Assembly: GCF_009914755.1 (NCBI RefSeq) | Contig: NC_060948.1 | DNA from: the human T2T-CHM13v2.0 reference genome, Homo sapiens | Length of the DNA: 64,000 bases | Direction: 5' to 3' (one strand) | Shown: piece after piece, positions 56,086-64,000 of the stretch | Position numbering within the stretch: the first letter of the stretch is position 1 | How the letters are laid out: the number at the start of each line of letters is the position of its first letter | Notes under the pieces: model-generated | The model's database searches: none | Told to the model about the DNA's origin: nothing | Seen by the model: only the letters and a program-made list of their open reading frames with translations | Position numbers and translations under genes: made by a program

Positions 56086-59000
56086 AATTCTAATTCATTC
56101 AAATGGAATGGAATTGAATGGAATGGAATCCAATGGAATGGATAGGATTGTACTGGAATGGAATAGCATGGAATGCAACGGAGTGGAATGGAGTTGAATG
56201 AAGTGGAATGGAATCGATTGGAATGGAATCAAATGGAATGGACGGGAATGGAATGGACTGGAAGAGAACAGACTCGAATTTAATGGATTGCAATGTAATT
56301 GATTCAAAGGGAATGGAATCGAATGGAATGTAATAAAATTGAAGGGATTTGAGTTCAATGCAATGGAATAGAATGGAATGCAAAGGAAAGGAAAGGTACG
56401 GAGTGAAATCGAGTGTAATGGAATCGAATGGAATGAAATGGAATGGAATGGACTCAAAAGAAATGGACGAGGGACAAAACGGAATCGAACTGATTGGAAT
56501 CGAACGGAACGGAATGGAATGGAATGGTCTCCATTGGATCGGAGTAGAACGGACTGGAATGGAATGGAATGAAATGGAATGGAAAGGAATAGAATGGAAT
56601 GGAATGGAATGGAATGGAATGGAAGGTAATGGAAAGATATCGAACGGATTGGAAAGGAATGGAATGGACCCTAATGGAATGGAATGGAATTCAACAGAAA
56701 CGAATGGAATGGACTGGAGTGCAATGGAGTCGAATGTAATTGACTGGAGTGAAATGGACTCGAAAGGAATGGACTCGAATAGAATGGACTGGAATGGATT
56801 GTACTCGAATGGAGTGGAAAGGAATAAAATGGATTGCACCAGATTGGAATGGAACAGAATGTAATGGAATGGAATGGAATGCAATGGAATGGCTCCAATG
56901 GAATGGAGTCGAATGCAATGGAACAGAAAGGAAAGGAATTGAATGGAATTGAAAGTAATAGAACAAAATGGAGTGCAAAGGAAAGATATTGAATGGAATG
57001 AATCGAAAAGAAATCGAATGGAATGGACAAGAATGGAATGGAATAGAATGGAATAGACTGGCGTGCAATGAAAACGAATGGAATGGAAACGAATTTAATG
57101 CAATGGAAAGGAATGGAGTAGAATAAATACTATGGAATGGAATGGAGGCGAAAGGAAAAGAATGGATTGGAATGTCACCGAATGGAAAGATATGGAATGG
57201 AAAGGAATGGATACGAATGGAATGGAATAGAAAGGAACGGAAAGGTAAAGAATGGAATGGAATCGGATAGAATGGAATGCAATGTAATGGAGTCGAATGG
57301 AAAATAATCGTGTAGAATGATATCGAATGGAATGGAATGGAATGGAATGGACTCGAATGGAATGTACTCAAATGGATTAGAATAGAATGGAATGGAACTA
57401 AACGTAATGAACTCGAATGGAATGGACACAAATAGAATGGAAGAGAAAGGAATGGTATTGAATGGAATTTATTCGAATAGAGTGGAATTCAATGGAATGC
57501 AACAGTGTGGCATGGAATCAAATGGAATGGAATCGAATGGAATGGACCCGAGTGGAATGGACTCACATAGAACAGCCTCGAATGTAATGGATGACAATGT
57601 ATTAGATTCGAAAGGACTGAAATCGAATGGAATGTAATCAAGTAGAACGGAATTGAATGCATGGAATGGCATAGAAAGTAACGCAATGGAATGGAATAGA
57701 CTGGAATGGAATGGAATCGGATGGAATGTAATGAAATGTAATGGAAGGAATGCCATGGAATGGAATGGAATGGAATGCAATGGGACGGTGTATAATGGAG
57801 TGCAATGGATTTCAGTGGAATGTAGTCAAAAGGAAAGAAAGAGAATGGAATTCAATATAATGGAATGGCATCCAATGGCAAGGAATGGAGCGGACTCCAA
57901 TGGAAACGACATGAAAGGAATATAATAAAATGGAATGGTATTGAACGAAATGGAATGTAATGGAGTTAAAAGGTAAAATATCGAATGGAAAAGAATTGAA
58001 TGGACTCGAAAGGAATATAATGGAATGGAATGGACTCGAATGGAATGTACTAGAGTTGAATGGAATCGAATGGAATGGAAAACAATGGAAAGGAAAGGAA
58101 GGGAATTGAAAGGAAAGGAATAGAATGGAATGGAATCGGATGGAACGGAATTGAATGGAATGGAAACTAAAGGAATAGAATAGAAAGGAATCGCATTGAA
58201 TGGAATGGAATAGAATGGAATCAGATGGAACAGAAAGGAATGGAATAGAATCGAATGGAATGGCATCGAATGGATGGAATGAAATGGAATGGAATAGAAA
58301 GGAATGGAATGGACTCGAATGGAACGTACTCAAATGGAATAGAATAGAATGGAATGGAAGTAAATATAATGGACTCGAATGGAATGCATTGGAATAAATT
58401 GGAATTGAGTGTATTGGATTCGAATGGAAACGAATGGAATGGAATGGAATGGAATGGAATGGAATGGAATGGATTCGAATGGAATGGAATCGAATGGAAT
58501 GGAACGAATTTGAATGTAATTGAATGGAGTCAAAAACAGTAGAAATAAATAAAGATTCATCGAATGATATCGAATGGAATTGAATGGAATGTACGCGAAT
58601 GGAATGGACTGGAATGGAATGGAGTGACATGTAACGGAATCGAAAGGAATGGAATCCAATGAAATGGAATTGAATGGAATAGAAATGAATAGAATGGAAT
58701 GGAGATTAATGGAAAGATATTAAAATAATGGAATGGAATTGAGTGGACACGAATGGAATGGACTGGAATGGAAAGGACTCGAATGAAATGCAGTGCATTA
58801 GAATGGACTCGAATGGAATGGATTGGAGTGGAATGGTCTCGAATGGATTAGAAAGGAATGGAATGGAAAGGAATAGAATGGAATGTAATCAAATGGAACG
58901 AAATGGAATGGAATGGATTCGACTGGAGCAGAATTGAATGGAGTGGAATTGAATGGAATGGAATGCAATCGAATGGAATGGACACGAATCAAATAGAATG

Positions 59001-62000
59001 AAATGAAATTGCAAAGAATGGAATGGAATGGAATGGAATGGCATGGAATGGAATGTAACGGAATGGAATGGCATGGAATGGAATGGCATGGCATGGAATG
59101 GAATGGAATGGAATGGAATGGAATGGAATGGATTCGAATGGAATGGAATCGAATGGAATGGAACGAATTGGAATGTAATTGAATGGAGTCAAAAACAGTA
59201 GAAAGAAATAAAGTTTCATCGAATGATATCGAATGGAATTGAATGGAATGTACGCGAATGGAATGGACTGGAATGGAATGGAGTGACATGTAACGGAATC
59301 GAAAGGAATGGAATCCAATGAAATGGAATTGAATGGAATAGAAATGAATAGAATGGAATGGAGATTAATGGAAAGATATTAAAATAATGGAATGGAATTG
59401 AGTGGACACGAATGGAATGGACTGGAATGGAAAGGACTCGAATGAAATGGAGCGCATTAGAATGGACTCGAATGGAATGGATTGGAGTGGAATGGTCTCG
59501 AATGGATTGGAAAGGAATGGAATGGAAAGGAATAGAATGGAATGTAATCAAATGGAACGAAATGGAATGGAATGGATTCGACTGGAGCAGAATTGAATGG
59601 AGTGGAATTGAATGGAATGGAATGCAATCGAATGGAATGGACACGAATCGAATAGAATGAACTGAAATGGCATAGAATGGAATGGAATGGAATGGAATGG
59701 AATGGAATGGAATGGAATGGAATGGAATGGCATGGAATGGAATGGAATGGCATGGCATGGCATGGAATGGAATGGAATGAAATGGATTGGAATGAGATGG
59801 GCCCAAGAGTAATAGACTCAAATAAAAGGGACTCAAATAGAATGAAGTGGAAAGAAACGGTCTCGAATGTAATTTATTCGAATAGAATGATATTGAATGG
59901 AATGCAATAGTATGGAATGGTATCGAATAGAATGGAATGGAATGGAACGGAATGGAACGGAATGGAGTGCAATTGAACGGACTCAAATGCAATAAATTGC
60001 AATATAATTGATTCAAATGGAATGGAATCGAATAGAATGTAAACAAATGGAATGGAAGGCAATGCAATGGAAAGGAATCGAATGAAGTGGAATAAATGGA
60101 ATGGAATGGAATGGAAAGGACGCGAATATATTGGACTGTTAAGGGAAGGTGTCAAATCGAATTAATTCCAATAGAATGGAATCGAATGGAATGCAATACT
60201 ATTGAATCGAATCGAATGGAATGGAATTGAATGGAATGGACAGGAATGGAATGAACCGGAAGTGAATGGACAGGAACGTAATATATTGCAATGTAATTTA
60301 TTCAAATGGAATGGAATGCAATCGAATGGAATGGACTGGAGTGGAATGGACTCAAATGGAATGGCAAGGAATGTAATGGAATGGAATGGAAAGCAAAGGA
60401 ATCTACTGGAATAGAATCGAACGGAACAGAAAGGAATGGAATGGAATGGAGTGGAATGGACTCGAATGGAATGTATTCGAATGTAATGGACCTAAAAAGG
60501 AATGGAATCCAATGGAATGGAATTGAATGGAATCAAAAGGAATAGAAAGGAATAGAGTGTAATTGAATGATATCGAAAGGAAGGGAATGGAATGAACTCG
60601 AATGCAATGCACTGGAATGGAATGGACTCGATCAGAACGGACTGGAGAGGAATGTACACAAATGGAATGGAAACGAATGGAATGGAATGAAATGGAATGG
60701 AATGAAATGGAATTGAAAGGAACGGAATCAAATGGAATGGAATGGAATGGAATGGATTGGAATAGAATGGATTCAAATAAAATAGAATCGATGGGAATGG
60801 TATTGAATGAAAGGGACTTGAATGGAATGGAAAGCAATGGAAGATATTGGAATCGAATGGCATCGAATGAAATGGAATGGAACGGAATGGAACGGAACCG
60901 AATGGAATGGAATGGACTCAAATGTGATGGACACCAATGGAATCGACTGAAATATAATAGTGTCGAAAGGAATGGCCTCGAGCGGAATTTATTTGAATAG
61001 AATGGAATCAAATGGAATACAACACCATTGAATGGAATCGAATGGAATGGAATGGAATGGAATGGAATCAAATGGAATGGAACGGAATTCAATATAATGG
61101 AGTAGAATGGAATGCATTAGAAAGGAGCAGAGTGGAATCAAGAGGAATGGAATCGAGTGGAATGGAATCAATGGGAACAAAATCGAATTGAATGGACTTG
61201 AATGGAATTGAATCGAAAGGAATGGACTGGAACAAAAAGGAATCAAATGGACAGGAATGGGATGGAATGGACACGAACGGAATGGAGTCAAATGCAAACG
61301 CATCGAATGGAATGGATTGAAATGGAATGCAATGGAATGGAACAGAAAGGAAGAGAATGGAATTCAGAGTAATGGAAAGATATCGATTGGAATGAAATGG
61401 AATGGAAAGGAATTGAATGGAAAGGAATGGAGTGGAAAGAAATGGATTGGAAAGGAATGGTCTCCAATGGAATGGACTAGAGTGGAATGGAATCGAATGG
61501 AATGAAAAGAATGGAACGGAATGGAACGGAAAGGAATAGAATGTTATGGAATCCGATTGGACAGAATGGAATGGAATGGAGTTTCATGAAATGGAGTCGA
61601 ATAGAGTGGCATCAAAAGGAATGGAATGGAATGGAGTGGACTCAAAAGGAATGGACTCGAAAGGAATGGAGTCGAACCAAACTGATTCAAATGGATTGAA
61701 GTCGAACAGAATGGAATGGAATGGAATGAACTCGACTGGAGTAGAGAGGAATGTAAAGGAATAGAATGGAATGTAATCAAATGGATTGCAAGTGAATGGA
61801 ATCAAAAATAATAGAAAGGAATGGAGTGTAAAGGGATGATATTGAATATAATGGAATGGAATGGAATTTAATGGAATGGAGACGAAGGAATGGACAGGAA
61901 TGTAATGGACTCCAATGGAATGGAATGGATCAAAATGGATTTGAACAGATTGGAATCGAACGGAATGGAATGCAATGGAATGGAATGGACTCGAATGGAG

Positions 62001-62306
62001 AAGAGACAAATGGAATGGAAACGAATTCAATGGAATTGAAAAGAATAGGATGGAATGGCGTGTAATGGTAAGATACTAAATGGAATGGAATTGAATGGAA
62101 TGTAATGGACCCAAATTTAATGCACTCGAAAGGAATATACTCAAATAGAATGGAATCGAAAGGAAAGGTCTCAAATGGAATTTATTCAATACAATGGAAT
62201 CGAATGGAATGCAATAGAATGGAATGGAATCGAATATAATGGAATCAAATAGAATGGACCAGAATGGAATGGACTGCCATAGAACGGACTGCAGTGTAAT
62301 GGATTG
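56086..62306 (+). repeat. Higher-order unit U11 (6221 bp structural variant; young head / old tail)
   Basis: Landmarks at 56086 and 62307. It contains the 659-bp internal duplication. After ~57940 it accumulates private variants and U1-type alleles. Confidence 0.92.
58471..59780 (+). repeat. 659-bp tandem duplication inside U11
   Basis: The segment GGATTCGAAT...GTCAAAAACAGTAG...GTACGCG...GTGACATGTAAC...TAAAATAATG...GGAGCAGAATT occurs twice, starting at 58471 and 59130. The matching ORFs at 58743 and 59402 confirm the 659-bp offset. Confidence 0.93.
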
Positions 62307-64000
62307 AATTCTAAATCATTCAAATGGAATGGAATTGAATGGAATGGAATCCAATGGAATGGATAGGATTGTACTGGAATGGAATAGCATGGAATGCAAC
62401 GGAGTGGAATGGAGTTGAATGAAGTGGCATGGAATCGATTGGAATGGAATCAAATGGAATGGACGGGAATGGAATGGACTGGAAGAGAACAGACTGGAAT
62501 TTAATGGATTGCACTGTAATTGATTCAAATGGAATGGAATCGAATGGAATGTAATAAAATTGAAGGGATTTGAGTTCAATGCAATGGAATAGAATGGAAT
62601 GCAAAGGAAAGGAAAGGTACGGAGTGAAATCGAGTGTAATGGAATCGAATGGAATGAAATGGAATGGAATGGACACAAAAGAAATGGACGAGGGACAAAA
62701 CGGAATCGAACTGATTGGAATCGAACGGAACGGAATGGAATGGAATGGTCTCCATTGGATCAGAGTAGAACGGACTGGAATGGAATGGAATGAAATGGAA
62801 TGGAAAGGAATAGAATGGAATGGAATGGAATGGAATGGAATGGAATGGAAGGTAATGGAAAGATATTGAACCGATTGGAAAGGAATGGAATGGACTCTAA
62901 TGGAATGGAATGGAATTCAACAGAAACGAATGGAATGGACTGGAGTGAAATGGAGTCGAATGTAATTGACTGGAGTGGAATGGACTCGAAAGGAATGGAC
63001 TCGAATAGAATGGACTGGAATGGATTGTACTCGATGGAGTGAAAAGGAATAAAATGGATTCCACCAGATTGGAATGGAACAGAATGTAATGGAATGGAAT
63101 GGAATGCAATGGAATAGCTCCAATGGAATGGAGTCGAATGTAATGGAACAGAAAGGAAAGGAAGTGAATGGAATTGAAAGGAATAGAACAAAATGGAGTG
63201 CAAAGGAAAGATATCGAATGGAATGGATCGAAAAGAAATCGAATGGAATGGACAGGAATGGAATGGAATAGAATGGAATAGACTGGCGTGCAATGAAAAC
63301 GAATGGAATGGAAACGAATGGAATGCAATGGAAAGGAATGGAGTAGAATAAATACTATGGAATGGAATGGAGGCGAAAGGAAAAGAATGGATTGGAATGT
63401 CACCGAATGGAAAGATATGGAATGGAAAGGAATGGATACGAATGGAATGGAATAGAAAGGAACGGAAAGGTAAAGAATGGAATGGAATCAGATAGAATGG
63501 AATGCAATGTAATGGAGTCGAATGGAAAATAATCGTGTAGAATGATATCGAATGGAATGGAATTGAATGGAATGGAATGGAATGGACTCGAATGGAATGT
63601 ACTCAAATGGATTAGAATAGAATGGAATGGAACTAAACGTAATGAACTCGAATGGAATGGACACAAATAGAATGGAAGAGAAAGGAATGGTATTGAATGG
63701 AATTTATTCGAATAGAGTGGAATTCAATGGAATGCAACAGTGTGGCATGGAATCAAATGGAATGGAATCGAATGGAATGGACCCGAGTGGAATGGACTCA
63801 CATAGAACAGCCTCGAATGTAATGGATGACAATGTATTAGATTCGAAAGGACTGAAATCGAATGGAATGTAATCAAGTAGAACGGAATTGAATGCATGGA
63901 ATGGCATAGAAAGTAACGCAATGGAATGGAATAGACTGGAATGGAATGGAATCGGATGGAATGTAATGAAATGTAATGGAAGGAATGCCATGGAATGGAA
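62307..64000 (+). repeat. Partial higher-order unit U12 (older type, truncated by the window edge)
   Basis: Variant landmark AATTCTAAATCATTCAAATGG at 62307; shares GATTCCACC and ATAGCTCC with U1/U2; private 1-bp deletion near 63034. Confidence 0.9.

Larger units (their letters stand above)
1..64000 (+). repeat. Satellite III (HSat3-type) array of diverged (GGAAT)n, single orientation
   Basis: GGAAT and single-substitution variants (CGAAT, GGACT, AGAAT, GTAAT, GGAAA, TGAAT) tile the entire window. The + strand is purine-rich and C-poor, with no switch to CATTC orientation. Long pure GGAAT runs and the lack of a regular ~23-26 bp unit favour HSat3 over HSat2. Confidence 0.96.

Noticed and set aside
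264-63872. Plus-strand MEWNG-repeat ORFs
   Set aside because: These are the direct translation of (GGAAT)n, with an ATG every 5 bp; there is no sign of frame conservation or gene structure.
10-63991. Long minus-strand ORFs up to 359 aa (FHSIP repeats)
   Set aside because: (CATTC)n has no stop codon in any frame, so long ORFs arise passively. They overlap in several frames, break or frameshift between near-identical units when 5-bp indels occur, and show no recognisable domain.
1-64000. CRISPR-like repeat-spacer array or prokaryotic accessory system
   Set aside because: There are no constant repeats separated by unique spacers, no unique sequence and no cas-like or other real genes.
1-64000. 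Assignment to DYZ1 (chrY) or to HSat2
   Set aside because: The period here is ~5.6 kb, not ~3.6 kb, and the regular HSat2 unit is absent. A specific subfamily cannot be confirmed without a search.
1-64000. Inversions or embedded Alu/L1 insertions
   Set aside because: I saw no CATTC-oriented block, poly-A tail, target-site duplication or non-satellite segment.

Overview
The whole 64 kb window is one uninterrupted, single-orientation array of primate (human-type) Satellite III DNA, built from diverged (GGAAT)n on the + strand and (CATTC)n on the - strand. I see no genes, RNA genes, transposons or CRISPR arrays. Every listed ORF is a translation artefact of the pentamer (MEWNG / FHSIP repeats). 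The pentamers are organised into a ~5.6 kb higher-order unit: 11 full copies (U1-U11; 5612, 5612, 5602, 5607, 5612, 5607, 5617, 5602, 5607, 5607, 6221 bp) plus a partial U12. Diagnostic variants compared by eye show a nested history. A young, highly homogeneous ~50 kb (~9-unit) block is flanked on both sides by older copies that share alleles with each other. Inside that block are a three-copy sub-family, an ~11.2 kb dimer duplication, an apparent conversion tract, and two hypervariable pure (GGAAT)n tracts that account for all length variation in U3-U10. U11 carries a diverged 659-bp internal duplication whose ends lie in pure pentamer tracts. I did not find evidence for a new protein-based biological system; the notable signals concern satellite architecture and evolution. 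Chromosome, species and HSat3 subfamily cannot be assigned without a database search.
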